Assembly: GCF_036588685.1 (NCBI RefSeq)
Contig: NC_086383.1
Span: forward strand, 61,008,001 to 61,072,000
Source of the DNA: Mytilus trossulus
Lineage: Eukaryota
Reading direction: 5' to 3'
DNA: 64,000 nt
Every line of letters starts with the position of its first letter. Position 1 is the stretch's first letter. Shown here in pieces: positions 14,701 through 28,545 of this stretch. The notes under the pieces were generated by a model. That model was not told the origin of the DNA and made no database searches. It saw only the letters and a program-made list of their open reading frames with translations. Both the position numbers and the translations under genes were made by a program.

Positions 14701-17700
14701 AATAATTTTCCTTTCAGATTTCTCTTTTGATAATGGTTCAAAAAATAAGACTAAACTTGCTTTTTACCCCCATATTCTATTGTTAGGGATGTCAGCCCTA
14801 TTGGTTGGTAGTCCGGGTTATCTGACATTATTAAGCTAGAAACTTTAATGATGATTATGGCCCATTTTGGTACAATTTGTCTCAGTAGTTTCAGAGGAGC
14901 AGATTTTTGTAAAAGATTATAAAAATTTACTAAAAAAAGTCTAAAATTTACTAGGAAGGACAATTACTCCTTCAGGGGTCAATTGACCATTTTAGATCTT
15001 TATCTGATGATCATTTCCATTGCTGTCCAGATGTGCTTTAAATGCATTAGTGTCAGAGCTATAAGCCAAAAACTGCATATGACTCCATGTTCTATGTTAA
15101 GCCTAGTAGTCATCTTGGTTGACGAGCAGGATCATCAAATACTTTTCCCAAACTTTATACTCTAGGGATGATTTAGTATAAGTTTGGTTCAATTTGGCCC
15201 GGCAGTTTCAGAGAAAAAGATGTTTGTAAAAACTTACAAAAATTAACGAAAAAGTGTGAACAGTTGACTTCAAAGGACAATCACTCTTTATGGGATCGAT
15301 TGACCATTTTGGTCGTTTCGATTTATTTGTCGATCTTACTTTGCTGTAATTTTTTTTGCTGTTTGCTATTTATCTCTATTTATAACAATATATAATTTCA
15401 GGACAGATATATCTTGTTTTGATCAACCTTTTAATCCCTATCATATTTGCTTTAAATGCTTTAGTTTCAGAGCTATAAGTAAAAAACTGCATTTTAAACC
15501 ATGTTCTACTTTTAGTCATGGCGGTAATCTTGTTTGAAGGGCGGGGACACCAGATACATTTTTGTGAACTTAATATCCTAAAGATGATTTAAATTTGTTA
15601 TTCTCATCGGATTTTGTCTAATGCTAAGTCCGTTTCTGTGTGTGTTACATTTTAATGTTGTGTGGTTGTTTTTCTCTTGTATTTAATGCGTTTCCTGGGT
15701 TTTAGTTTCTTACTCCGATTTAGTTTTTTGTCCATCGATTTACGAGTTTTGAACAGCAGTATACTACTGTTGCCTTTATTAGTTCAATTTGGCCAAGTAA
15801 TTTCAAAGGAGAAGATTTTTGTAATTTTTTTTATGAAAAGTCATGTTAAGTTGACTTTAAAGGGCAATGAATCTTTATGGGGTCAATTGACCATTTTGAT
15901 CATGTTGACTTTTTTGTTGATCTTACTTTGCTCAACAAAGTTGCTGTTTACAGTTTATTTGTTTCTATTATAATATTCAAGATAATAACCAGAAAAGGAA
16001 ACATTTTCTTAAAATTAACACTTCTGAGACAACTACCCCTGAACAAGTTGTCTGATGCGTCTAACAAGTTCTGGGCAGATTGGGGGATGCCGCTTACAAG
16101 TTTAACCACTCCACAAACATTTTCATCCCGGGGAGCCTGTAATTCAGTTGTTGTCGTTTATTCATGTGTTATATTTTTGTTTTTCGTTAATTATTTGTAC
16201 ATATGTTAGGCAATTAGTTTTCTGGTTTGAATTGTTTAACATTTGTCATTTCGGGGCCTTCTATTACTGACTTTGCAGTATGGACTTTGCTCTCTGTTGA
16301 AGGACGCACGGTGACCTATAGTTATTAATTTCTGTGTCTTTTGGGGCAGTTATACATTTATTTCAGCAAGACATAGTATATGAAAAGTCATAAACAATTA
16401 ATATCTGTTAAAGAGCAGTTTCGAACGCATAACTTGAAACTTGTAAAAGAAATAATAATTAATGTATACTTTTGGAATGTTTTTGACCAAGTTTTTATGT
16501 TGATTCAAGGGAATTTGATTAGAGTGTGTATACAACGTACATTTTTCATGTCTGTTTTACATCCGCTTCCAAGAAGCAGTCCAGTTACTTCTAGGTGTCC
16601 TCCAAATGCTGCCCTCATTAATGCTGTCCATCCAGTACCCTGGAGGAAAACAAATAACTGTCTTATAAACCGGATATTATTTTGCAAAACATATAAGCAA
16701 AAGATATACCACAACAGTGGTCAAAACTGTATACCATGAACAGTCACGTCAACTTAATTTGTCTCATTAACAGCAAGATTAAGTGCAAATTAAGTTAATA
16801 ATAAATTGGGTGGGAAAAATGATTTAAATGAACATAAAAAAGGTATATATTCTTATTCAGGATAGAAATATAATTAAAATATTACCTCAATTTCTAAAAA
16901 CTATTTAACCTGTCTGATTAGAAATATAGATTTGTGTTGATTATGAGCATTTTGAACGGCAAAATAATATAGCATACCATTTGGATATCTTTTTTACATC
17001 CCTTGTTGAGAAGCAATTGAGTTACCTCCAGATGTCCTCCATATGCACCCAACATTAATGCTGTCCATCCAACATCCTTAAATAATACAACTGACATCAA
17101 AACTTGTCTGGTAAACTATCTAATTTTGTGTTATAGATATGTGCAAAATATACTAAAAAAATGAACAATGGTCAAACCTGAACAGAATGATCAGTATATA
17201 TTCAACACAAACAACAAATGAACAATATATTTTGGTGTTAGATATATAAAATTCCAGCAGTTCTCTAAATGTATAAAGATTAAAAAAAGTGTGAAATATT
17301 CTATTGTTTCACCTACTAGAACATTGTATGTGTTGATACATCAAAACACAATGTCTGCGAAACCGAAAAGGAATTAGTGTATACCAACTCAAAAATCAGG
17401 ACCATTTGTGGTTAGTTGTTGTATTTGTATGTCTATTGACTATGAGTAGGGATGTGTTTCTGGTTGTGGTGGTTCCTTGCACTATCAAATATTCTATATA
17501 TAAGTAACATTTAGTACTTTGATGACGGATATATTTAACTTAGTGTTGTACTCTTAATTACATGTTATGTGGTGTGCTTCCTGAACAAATTGTTTTTTTT
17601 TAAACTGTTAAGAATTTGATATCAACTGTTTTCGCTGACCTTGTCCAAGTGAGCTTTTTGATCACTAGGTGTCCGTCATTCATCGTGTTCCGTTTACTTT

Positions 17701-19893
17701 TACAAAAAAATCTTCTCCTCAGAAACTACAGGACCAAATTTATTCAAATCAGCCACAATCAAAAGCAGTTAGACAAAATCTGACATGAGAGCGAGGTATT
17801 TATCAGGTTAATATCAATCCGCCCTAACAATTTAAGATGAATCAGACATGTAATTGCGTTGCTACACCTGAATAAGAAATTCTAATGAATTTTACAATTT
17901 TATGTTAATACTTTTTTAGATAAAAGTTTTTGGTCAATATAAATTTTGCTGTGTTGAAGTCCAATCAACCTGAAACTAATTACACATGTTCCCTATGATA
18001 TGATCTTTTTATTATAAATGTCAAATTAGAGTTTCGCTGTCCATTGAACATAGAAATTGATATTGCGAGTGGGGCATCTGTCTATTAATGACACATTCTT
18101 TTTGTCTTATAGCTTAAACCTAATCATAGTTCGAAAAAAAAACTTAAATAAACAAAAACAATCAGAAAGACAAGATCAACAATTCAGACAAATGACAAAA
18201 ATTTAACGTTGCATCACTGTTTTACTCTGCTGTATCTTGATGTAACTTATTGATATGTGATTGATACTGTACATAAAGACGTACCTCAAAATGATTTTGC
18301 TTAGTAGTATTCAAGTATATCAGTTTCGAATGGGATTATTGTACTCACATCTTGATAATTTATGTCTACCCCGTTCTGGAGGCATATTGATAAGACTTCA
18401 ATATTTCCTGATTTTGCAGCTGAATGAAATTTCTGTAATTAAAACATCAATTTTACAGGTAATATATTGTTATAAAAAATGACATTACTTTTAAAAAGGT
18501 AGAAATTAAATGCTTCCCTGTAAGACATGGAGTGTAGCAATTAGAGGATCATACTCTTAAATAACATTCATGAAGAAATAAATATTCAAAAAGAAAATAG
18601 ATGTTAGAATGTAAACATTCTTTTTTTATAAATATTGACTAAAACGTTCTACTTTTGATGTAAACATTTCAACAAAACGAAAAGACTATAACCCAATTTA
18701 TTTACGCGAGCTATTTATTTTCCTGACTTTCTTTGCGAATATTTTAAATTGTCCTCTTTAGATTACATTAAGTAAATTAGAAAATAGCTAAATTAAAAAG
18801 CCGCGAAGTGACTCTAAAAAGGGTTAAACGCGAAATTAAGTATCAGCTGTTCGAAATTCATAAATCGATAGAGAAAAAATGAATCAGGGTTGACAAACAA
18901 AAAGTAAAAGAAACGAATCAAATATAAGAGAAATACGTCAAAACAGAAACACAACATTAAAATGTAACATACACAGAAACGAACTATAATATAACAATGG
19001 CAATTTTCCTGACTTGTTACAGGGCATTTTAAGAGAAAAAAAATGGTGAGTTGAACCTGGTTTTGTGACACATGTGACATGTCAAACCTTTCGTGTTAAT
19101 GTCAATATCATGAGAGTTCAATTCGTTGATCATGAATTTGACAAGTTATGCCCCTATTTTATTATATATTCTCCCTGGATGTATAATAATTGATATACAG
19201 GGATACTTAGCCTAAAGCTGTAAGCTAGGTAAATTGTTAAACAGCATTTAGTGCAATAAAGATGATCTAATTGTTTCAAAAAAAAAAAAAGTTATGCCCC
19301 TGGTTAGGAAATCAATGTTGGTGTAAGCTACATAGATTGATTTTGACAATCTTTACACCAATATATGCAGTATTAAGATTTTCTGTATCGTTTAAGCTTT
19401 TCGCGATGTAAGACATTTGATACATGGTACTTTCATGTTCGATTTCTAGACATTGGAGTCTAGTGTATTTACTAACAGTGAAAGCCACACACTTTAAACT
19501 GTATACCCTATACATCATTCCCCTCGATGTTTGCCTGTATTGGTTAAGTAGTAGAAGGAGATGATCATTTAAAAAGTTCAGGACGCCAAATGTGACGGCA
19601 AAACTCATAAAGCCGTTAGGGCCAGGAGAGCAGAATACAGCAGATGCAAATGTCATGTAGCTCATGTCAATATCTTTCTTATAAACGCCACCCATGAAGT
19701 ACACTGTTTCTTTGTTTCAGTCTTGTTTGATTTGTTTTAGAAGTGTGATCCTCAAATTTCTATTTGTGTAGTATGTGTAAAATTCTAAAATATCTCATAT
19801 TATCACATACTTGGATTTTCTGAAGAAAATGGAAAGATGACAATTGGACTTTAAAAAAATTAATGTAAATCTTACCTTATTCCAAATTTCCAT
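2470..19893 (-). CDS. Ankyrin-repeat + Roc GTPase (ROCO-family) protein, spliced, 3' part beyond the left edge of the window
   Basis: Frame-compatible GT-AG exons on the minus strand: 19876-19893 MEIWNK; 18349-18432 KFHSAAKSGNIEVLSICLQNGVDINYQD; 16978-17076 DVGWTALMLGAYGGHLEVTQLLLNKGCKKDIQM; 16541-16639 GTGWTALMRAAFGGHLEVTGLLLGSGCKTDMKN; 9591-9689 CFGWTAFMIAAMEGYLEITRLIHQSGCTTDIKD; 9002-9109 NNGETALHMAAENNHLHITTYLVERTCISPLNKTRE; 7370-7432 GKTPYDLAEARHNNNILEYLK; 3998-4058 linker; 2470-2727 Roc N-terminus with P-loop GEKGAGKTS and switch-I STNGIEI. The start exon and the linker exon are the least certain. Confidence 0.85.
6343..6656 (+). mobile_element. Hammerhead-containing retrozyme-like repeat (family 1) with two mutated ribozyme cores
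   Basis: GCGTCA-CTGATAA-GTCT(tttgt)AGAC-GAAA at 6385-6415, and GCGTCA-CTGATGA-GTCT(tttgt)AGAC-GACA-cccacg-TC-TGGCG at 6571-6613. Confidence 0.8.
8085..8270 (+). mobile_element. Degenerate tRNA-derived SINE
   Basis: B-box-like AGTTTGAATCCC at ~8139-8150, followed by a decayed body resembling a mollusc SINE. Confidence 0.35.
10636..10933 (+). mobile_element. Helentron-associated (HINE/DINE-like) non-autonomous element
   Basis: AACAAG start, core, (GAAC/GGAC)n microsatellite and 3' ATGACCC..GGGGCAT hairpin. Second copy at 50797-51055; reverse fragment at ~17965-18100. Confidence 0.6.
13080..13324. mobile_element. MITE with ~50-bp imperfect TIRs
   Basis: TTACAGCCGATTCCATTGGGTGTGTAGGCAAGGGTAATAACTTTGGTTAGCT ... 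AGCTAACCAAAGATATTACCTTTGCCTTCACACACAATAGAATCGGCTGTAA. Confidence 0.85.
14700..16060. repeat. Decayed array of ~300-450-bp core repeats, probably Helentron-associated, with a nested insertion
   Basis: Recurring AATTTGGCC..AGTTTCAGAGGAG.AGATTTTTGTAA..GGGGTCAATTGACCATTTT at ~14875, 15190 and 15787. Confidence 0.6.
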
Positions 19894-20614
19894 TATTTTT
19901 GTAACCTAAAAATCAAAAAATAGGTTATTTATATATATTCTGTAGAGTTGTAACTGTTACTGCTAATTGGAAATACAAAATCCTTATGGACTTACGTATT
20001 TACCTTATATTCTCAAATATTAATCATAATCCATAAATACAGGCATTAAAAAAGACTTAATTACACTTTTTATCACTTTGAGATATAAATCTAGAGGCAA
20101 ATAGATGGCTGTATCGCTCATCTTGTGAATAAAAGTCGCCAGTTAGCTCATGGAAATTTACTATAATAGTTATTCTTGTATAGATAAATTTTCGATGTAC
20201 ATGTCTAACTTAGTTCTTCTATAATATTATTGTAGGATAAAAAAAAACTGCAAAAAAGTAATCAAATAAAAATTTGGTGACCATTAACCCCATAACTGGT
20301 GGTCAATCTATCAGAGGAACGACTTCACTTAAAACATTTTTACCCTGACTTCTTTAGTTTTCAAAATAACAGAGAAATGTTTTGTTTAAAACACAACTTT
20401 ATAATTCAGCAGCAATAACTAAAAAAAAAAACAGATTTGCCCGAAAATCTAGGAATGTAAATTGATCTTGTCATTTTAATATCTAAAAAAATATATTATT
20501 TGAGCAATAGGTAAAACTTAAAGATATATACTTAAAATGTACATATATTTGACTAGTATTTATTGCACAGTACTTCTTTTACAAATGCAGCAAGGTGAAA
20601 ATAACTTTAAATAA

Positions 20615-21926
20615 ACTTTAATAATCTTTCACGTTTGATCCGTGCCAATTGGCAAACTATTGCCAAACACCCTAAATTATCCAAGATCTTTCCCAATCCT
20701 CCTGTCTTAGCTTTTCGGAGACCAGCAAGTCTGAAAGACTTATTTGTTAGAGCTGACGTCTCCTCAAATAAAAGCTGTTCAATTGCAGGAAGGTGCAAGT
20801 CATGTGGTAACAGACGTTGCCTGACTTGTCAACAAATACTGAATACTCAAACATTCACTTGCCACTCGACTGGGTCTGTGTACACTATATATTGCAATGT
20901 AACTTCAAAACCCAGAATGTTGTATACCTCCTTCAGTGTCGATGTGGCATGCAGTATGTTGGCGAGACAGAGCAGCCATTTAACAAACGCATGAATGGTC
21001 ATCGAAGTGACTACACTTGCAAGCCCGACCTACCCGTAAGTCGTCATTTGAGATCACCTGGACACACACAAGCTGATCTCAAAAACCTTACCATCACGAT
21101 CATAGACCACAACGAGTGTTGGTCGAAGGTCGACAGAGTCGCTCGGGAAAGATTTTAGATAAGAAAGTTACGGACAGTCTCCCCAGAGGGCATAAATGAA
21201 AAAACATAGAACGAGTCCCTCATTTTCCTGTGACCACCTGTTTCAAACAACGCCGGATTTAGTACTGGCTTTACAGTTCCAAATTATTTTTTAAAAATAA
21301 CAGTTTAAATTACAGGTTTTCATTGATTCGGAATGATGTATAAGTACGTTGCCACGTTCAATTATTTTACCTCATTATACAAAACTTTTTTTTCAATCAC
21401 TATTAGACTGCTATTCGTTTGGAAGGCTTTAATATGTAAGTTCTGTTGTAATTGCCCTGCCGTTGTCTAATTTATACCATCCTGGATCGGTTAGGACATA
21501 TTTGATTTTATTGATTTTTTTGTTTGAGGACTGCCCTCAATGCAGTTATTACATCTCAACTGTCACATCCTTTAGAAATCTAGAGTTGTGCCATTTCACA
21601 TTGTAAATAACTTTTTTTATTTTTGGCATATTTCTGTAGTCTGCGGTGTGTTTGGAAATTTTAAAATTATTCCAGCGTTCGCTTAAATTGTATAAATCAA
21701 GATTTTGATAGAGTCTCAATTTGAATTGACATGATTCATTTGACATCGTGCTATTATTGAAGAAGGATATCTGTTATCCGAAATATCTAATATTTGTATA
21801 TTTTATAGTTATTTTATGGTGATGTTGTACCCTTTTTGACTTGTTATATATTGTATTTTGTAGTGTACAGAATCATATTACATGATCCATCGCCCTGTAA
21901 GATTGATCGTTGACTATTTATTCAGT

Positions 21927-21930
<4 letters not shown>
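20615..21930 (+). mobile_element. Penelope-like element 3' part: Cys-rich linker, C-terminal GIY-YIG endonuclease and 3' pLTR-like tail
   Basis: PVLAFRRPASLKDLFVR, CKSCGNRRCLTC, then after a frameshift NVVYLLQCRCGMQYVGET..RMNGHRS..RERF*IRKLRTVSPEGINEK. Hammerhead-like motif at 21752-21792. Ends at a (TA)n tract at 21931-21957. Confidence 0.85.
21752..21792 (+). ncRNA. Degenerate minimal type I hammerhead ribozyme in the Penelope-like tail
   Basis: TATTA-tTGAAGA-a-GGATA(tctgt)TATCC-GAAA-TATC-TAATA. Stems I and II pair; the first core C is replaced by T. Confidence 0.55.
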
Positions 21931-21957
<27 letters not shown>

Positions 21958-21958
<1 letters not shown>

Positions 21959-22135
21959 GAAGATGTGGTGTGAGTGCTAATGAGACAACTCTCTATCCAA
22001 GTAACAATTAAAAAAGGAAACCATTATAGGTTAAAGTAAGGCCTTCAACACGGAGCCTTGGCTCACACCGAACAACAAGCTATAAAGGGCCCCAAAATTA
22101 CAAGTGTAAAACCATTCAAACGGGAAAACCAAACG
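21958..22135 (+). repeat. Dispersed repeat family B (representative copy)
   Basis: GAAGATGTGGT.TGA.TGC.AATGAGACAAC..CCTTCAAC. Also at 12933-13040, 16110-16345(-), 26850-27110(-), 41165-41420(-), 55195-55442(-), 59390-59541(-) and 62750-63060. Confidence 0.85.
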
Positions 22136-22248
22136 TTTTAATGGATCCAAACCTTCTCCCTTTTTCTGAAACAATAGCATAACATCACAACATAGAGAAA
22201 ACACACGATAAAATATCCATTGGCAGACTTAACTCAATCAAAAAAATG

Positions 22249-22329
22249 TATACATTTCATGTGTAAGACTTTTTATGTTGATATATATATATATATATGC
22301 ATAAAAAGTCTTACACATGAACTGTATAC
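22249..22329. repeat. Palindrome with a (TA)n centre
   Basis: TTCATGTGTAAGACTTTTTATG..(TA)n..CATAAAAAGTCTTACACATGAA. Confidence 0.88.
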
Positions 22330-25257
22330 TCTAAACATTTCATTAAAGACCTAGGCCAGTTGTTCAAACCCAAGATGGGGGAAAACACCCCAACCACTTT
22401 TATTAATTGTCTGAGTTGTCATTATAAATGATCCCAGATGAAAATTTTTTTTGAAAGTGATTGAAAAGAGTTGATTATATAAACTGTCAGAATTGAAATT
22501 AAAGATGGTCCGAATTGTTTTTAATGACGGTCCAAGTTGACCTATCGACGGTCCGACCGACATTAAAGTTAGTCTGAGTTAATTTTATAAACGGTCCAGG
22601 TTCACTTATTAGTCCATACGATGAGTTGCTCGAACCAAGTTGTCGTTCATTCAAAGAGTTCTCGAAAAGTTTTGGTCCGAAGGCTATGTGGACTACATTG
22701 TTGGTATTTTGCACTAGAGATATTAGTGAGGATCAGTATATTTTCTTCAAAGTTACGATAGAAAAAAATATTTCTAAAACTCTTCTTTAAAAAAGAAAAA
22801 AAAAGGCAATCCCAGAACTACTATCAAATCCATGGTTAAATAAAAACACAAATTTATGTTCGGTTCCACCAAAATTTTTAAAGAATAAAAAATCTTCTTC
22901 CATTTTACAACCATGGTAAATATGTGATTTTACCACTGGTAAGGGTTGATAATTACATGCGTATATTTCGATATGTTTTGGAAAAACAAATGGAACCTGT
23001 GACGATCTGTGATGTGGTCAAATAAAAAACACAACGGGATATCTAAAATGCATTTAATATTTATACATATTTCTATTGCGTTGTTGAAAAATCATCATGT
23101 TTATATGGAATATCTGTATGTACGTTTGACCAAATCTTTGATTTAAATTCAACAATCGTTACTGGAAACTTAATTGTTTTCGTCCTGGAGGTGCAAAACC
23201 TAATGTAGATAACAACCAATGCAACTCGTTTTCTTTTTTTTTCTTGGCATTTTTATAAAGAGATATGTCCAGATAAACATGATAAATATGCAGTCGAAGG
23301 GGTGGATTCATGGGGCCCCATTTAATAACCAACAAATTATCTCCCCTTATTTAGTTTTGCCTAAAATCGCCCCAAAATAAGTCTATTTGCTCATTTAGAC
23401 GGAATATATTATGTTTTCTGCAATAAATTACGCTGCCTCTTTAAAATAAGGATTTAACTCTGAGTCTTAACTGTTTCATATGCTTTACATGAGAAATAGT
23501 TAATTTTTAAAACGTAAAATGTAATCATTACCAGTTTTACTTCTTTTCCCTTTTAAAGAAACGAATGATTTGTGCAGAAATGTAACTGTAGTATAATGAA
23601 AGAAAACACTAATTTGTGTCTTGTTCACCTGACTGGATCATTGAAATATTATAATCGATGATACCTATGCGTGTAAAATAAATAAGGAAGTAATGTGTAC
23701 TTTTCAAATGGACCTTTAAATACTTTTAGCTTTGTTTAAAAGACATTTGAAATCGTTTAACGGAACGATTACCACGCACGAATAGAAAAATCCGTGTGGC
23801 TTGGTCATTATTAGTTTATTTTAAATGAATAAATATGTTTCTCTAATTCTATCGTAACTTATCCCTTTTCTAGTATAAAACAAACTAATCAACGTGTGGT
23901 TGCCGATGATCTCAAATGATATTTGAATGATTTTAAGGTTCATGAGCTTTTAACTAACTATATGAATCATATATGTTATTGAAATTGACAGCTTCATGTT
24001 ATGTGAAAGGCGCTCGAAGGGGATTTTGGTTTAACAAAAAAAGAATTTCTGTTTTCATCATGAGAGAAACAGATTCTTAAGAAGTTACTCATGGTTTATC
24101 AGATTTACCCAATCTTGAAAGTTAAATTATGAATTTTAAAGTCATCGCTAAGGTTGGGACCTAAACATTGGTAAATTAACTATCTCGATTGGATAAATTC
24201 GATAATCCACTTTTATAAATGTAAGAATCAATATGAATCTTACAAAACAAGTGTGTATTAAGAAGATGTTTTACTATGGATTGAATATAGTAAAATATAA
24301 TTACTTGAAAAGTTGTCATTTTGACAACTAAGTATTTTTTGCAGAAGTCGTGAATACTATCTGAGACATAAAAATGTTGGCGGAAGTCCAAGATACTATA
24401 AAGTATTTTTTTAATAGCAAGAACACAAATATGAGGACATGACGCACAAGTATATCCTCCAGAACAGATCCATAGAACAATGTTTAATTATTAAGCGAAA
24501 ATTGATTAAAAGAATATGCCAACAAGAGTCAAATTGTATTATTATATGTAGTGGAGTCTATGTGGTAGAGTTGTTTAGCGCATGAGTTTCAACCCCGGCC
24601 AGAGAAAAATCAAAAAAAAAATCAAACGCAAATTTACAGATCTAACATCGTTTGATATATCAGATAAAATTGACTTAAAATTAAATTTTTGCTATAAGGT
24701 GCCTCCTTTGTACTGTAAACCTGCGGTGACGAAAATAATCAAAGCATATATTACGTTTCTCCTTTTAAATCAGTGTCTGAATAATGAATATATTTTGCTA
24801 ATAGAAATTATTAAAATTACCTTTTATGATTAAAAAGACATGTCCTCTTGGTTTATAAAATATCCTTGTTGTTTTTTTGTCTGATCACACGAACATGACC
24901 GATGTTGAAACGCCATTTTTACATACGAGTTCCTGTTATGTTATACAATACCTTTCAATGAAAAGCAATATATGTTTACTAAACCAATTAAGAGGCTGTT
25001 AAGGGAAATATTACAAAGGGCTAATACAATATCTATCAATATCTTGTTTTCAAGTGCATATATTTGATTTAAAAGAGAGGAAAAATATATGTTAGTCAGT
25101 ACCGTAGTTATAAATTTCACAAAAGGTGTCAGCGGTAATCCATGTAAAAGCAAGACAGGCAAGTCCAACAAAAGATGAACTTTAATTTTATATACGTGCT
25201 AAACATAATAATATTTTGTTTTTAATTTGCATGGAATACTGACTTTCATGTAATACA

Positions 25258-26085
25258 AAAGAGGGACGAAAGATACCAAAGGGACAGTCAAACTCATAAA
25301 TCGAAAATAAACTTACGACGCCATGGCGAAAAATGAAAAAAGACAAAACGACAAACAATAGTACACCTGACACAACATAAAAAACAAAAAAAATAAACAA
25401 CACGAGCCCCACAAAACCTAGGGTAACCTCAGGTGCACCGGAGGGGTAAGCAGATCCTGCTCCACATGTGGCACCCATCGTGTTGCTTATATGATAACAA
25501 ATCCGGTAAATAGTCTGATTCGGTAGGTCACATTTATACAAGGGAGGGGGATTGTAGTTACGACGTAAGGAACGTGTCCGATATCATTTATGAAACGGTT
25601 ATTCCATAACGGTCAACCAACTCGTGATGGCGTCCGTAAAATTTACGAAGGGATTATTTCAACTTCACCATTTGGAACTCTTGGTTAAATAGCTTCCTTG
25701 TGAGCAGCATCCCTCTATCAAGAAAATCATGATAGGAAATGCAAGCACGGGAATATCTTATCAATTGGGAGATATATACTCCGTATGCAGTTGCTGCTGG
25801 GATGTTACTACTTAGAAATGGATAGTTCACAATTGGAAAGCTAAAATCATCTCTTTTGTCGTAAAGTTTTGTTTTCAACCGACCCTCATTGTCAATTTCT
25901 AGATGTAAGTCAAGATATGAGGCCTACTTAACTGTTTCTGTAATATCCTTTATCTCTAGTTCGATGGAATAGATGCGTTCCACATAGTCACCAAATGTTG
26001 AATTATTTAGTGACAAAACAGCATCTATATAGCGGAAAGTAGAGTTAAAGAATCTCGCTAACTTCTTATCTTTCTTCCTAAGAAG
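25258..26085 (-). mobile_element. 5'-truncated Penelope-like element (RT C-terminus + 3' UTR)
   Basis: FRYIDAVLSLNN..SYLDL..KTKLYDKRDDFSFPIVNYPFLSSNIP..AYGVYISQLIRYSRAC, followed by the conserved 3' UTR. Confidence 0.88.
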
Positions 26086-28444
26086 AAACAAACAATTGTG
26101 TTATAAAAAAAATATGAGACTATATCCTTCATAGTCAGCTTTTAGAAATTAAAACCAAAAACTAGAGTCTCGGGATTCATTTTTCTTGCTACAAACCATA
26201 CGCATAAGATATTCCATTATTGAAGTTGTAATATCTGATTTATCCTTTTATGACGCTATTGAATATGTACATCTTTAGACAGAAGCCCTATACGTCCTAC
26301 TTTCTAAAAACAATGTAGGACCCTGGCCCCGATACACTGATTCTGAATACATTCATGTCGATACCTCTTTATAAAAACAAATCGCTCCTAGTTTATAGAC
26401 TTTTAGACTGTTGAAACAATATTTTACAATTATTGTTAGTTCTATATATCATGAAAAGTCCTAATAAAATATGTGAACAGTTTATCTTTTTTATGTTTGT
26501 GGCTATAATGTTCGTAATTTTCTGCTATAGGAAGTTCAATTTACAAATGCCTGTACCAAATCAGAAATATGACAGTTGTTGTCTATTCGTTTGATGTGTT
26601 TTATTATTTGATTTTGTAATAATAATGATAAATGCCATATCTAATACACATGATACATCGTTTACGCCTTTCATTTAGAGAAACAGATGTGCTGTTCGTA
26701 AGATATATTAGTATATGTCTTGAAATAATATCGAATAAATAAAAATAAGTAAATCACATTCATTTTGGGGACCACTAACGCTTGTCCTTTTATAATTCAT
26801 AACAGTTTAGATATAGTAACAGATGTGACAACATTATTTATGTATGTGCCTGTAATTCAGTGGTTGTCGTTTGTTTATGTGTTACATATTTGTTTTTCGT
26901 TCTTTTTTTTATATAAATAAGGCCGTTAGTTTTCTCGTTTGAATTGATTTACATTGTCTTATCGGGGCCTTTTATAGCTGACTATGTGGTATGGGCTTTG
27001 CTCATTGTTGAAGGCCGTACGGTGATCTATAGTTGTTAATGTCTGTGTCATTTTGGTCTCTTGTGGACAGTTATCTCATTGGAAATCATACCACATCTTC
27101 TTTTTTATATTGCCACCAGTGAACAAAACATTATTATGCAAACAACTGTGACTGTACGACTTTTACCATAACCAAAGCCAATACAGCGTATAAATGTAAT
27201 AAACTATAAACAGCCTTGGCATGAACTATTGACAACCAGTTTTTATATGCAGAAAACATAAACGAGAAAGTATCATAGCAGACCTAGCCAAACACAACCC
27301 GTCACCGGAATAAGAACAGACAATTAACAATGTAGCTTTCATCCCATAACTGTAGACGCTGGTTTAATAGCAAAACCGAACAATCTGTAAAAATTTTATC
27401 AAATCGACACGAATTACCAAAAGCAAGTTAAAAAGACATAAAAAATTAAATAACATTGCAAAATTCAAAAACGCCAAATAAATATGGAACTCAAATGTCA
27501 GTCTTGCTTTATATATTTGAATACGAAATAGAATAAATCAAATGAAAATGAATTATAATAAAGCAATTAAATTAACAGCCTGAAATAATTGAGTAATCCA
27601 TTCCTTTAACACAACTTATGAATACATATGATTTCCGATACTTTTTCTAGATTAGTTACAGAGATTCATAAACGGACTCTTAAAACACTGATGGTGAACA
27701 AACCGTAAGTGTACGTGTACAACTGTTTAGCTATAAATATTGAGTACGCTTTTAATTATCAAAAACTAAATTAATAGAAGTAATTGAGGCAATTATTCGA
27801 AGATTTTAATTCAATAACAAACTGATAACTTTCAAGAATACGTGTATTCAAGTTATAAATAAGCTTTATACGAGGATCGTATATATAGTTATGAGCTCTA
27901 TAAACCACTTCACCATAACATTAGGGTGTGATATACCATTGTTTTTTATAGTTTATGTTCAAATAACTCAAATAAATGTTTAGATTTTTCTGTTAACCTT
28001 GTCAAGAAATAATGACACATGAGTGGAATCTAACAATTCTTTTGAATGAGTGCATTATCAATATATGACAGACAAGTAATCTGTAAAGGTTGATTTTGGA
28101 ATGAAGTTTGAATTTACAGCCAACGTCCTATCGGAGTGTATTCACTTTATAATCAAATAATAGTTTTGCAAAGAAAGTCTGTGATTTATACCCACATTAC
28201 ATTGATTTATTATCAGGTCATGTAAATTAATAATTCCACCTACTGTTTACTACAGGCTAACTACTGTAACCATTGCATCTTCAATGCTCAATCTTACGGG
28301 TGTTTAATATATACATTCGATTCACTAAACGGTTATCACGGTTATGTGTCTTTTAAATTTATACACACATTCGGTGCGTTGTTATTTGCTTCGAGCGATA
28401 AAGTTTCTGTGTTTTTTAACATGTATAGGTAAATAAATTTGTGT

Positions 28445-28545
28445 AGTTATCAAAGGTATCATGATTATAATTTAATACGCCAGAGTAACGTTTCGTCTAC
28501 ATAAGACTCGTCAGTGACGCTCAGATCAAAATAGTTATAAAGCAA
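28445..28545 (-). ncRNA. Retrozyme fragment with type I hammerhead core
   Basis: Minus strand CGTCA-CTGACGA-GTCT(tatgt)AGAC-GAAA-cgttac-TC-TGGCG (28478-28519). Core nucleotides and stems I and II are intact; the stem III palindrome is altered. Confidence 0.75.

Noticed and set aside
19312-19704. 130-aa minus-strand ORF in an ankyrin-Roc intron
   Set aside because: It overlaps decayed HINE-like repeat sequence and has no domain motif.
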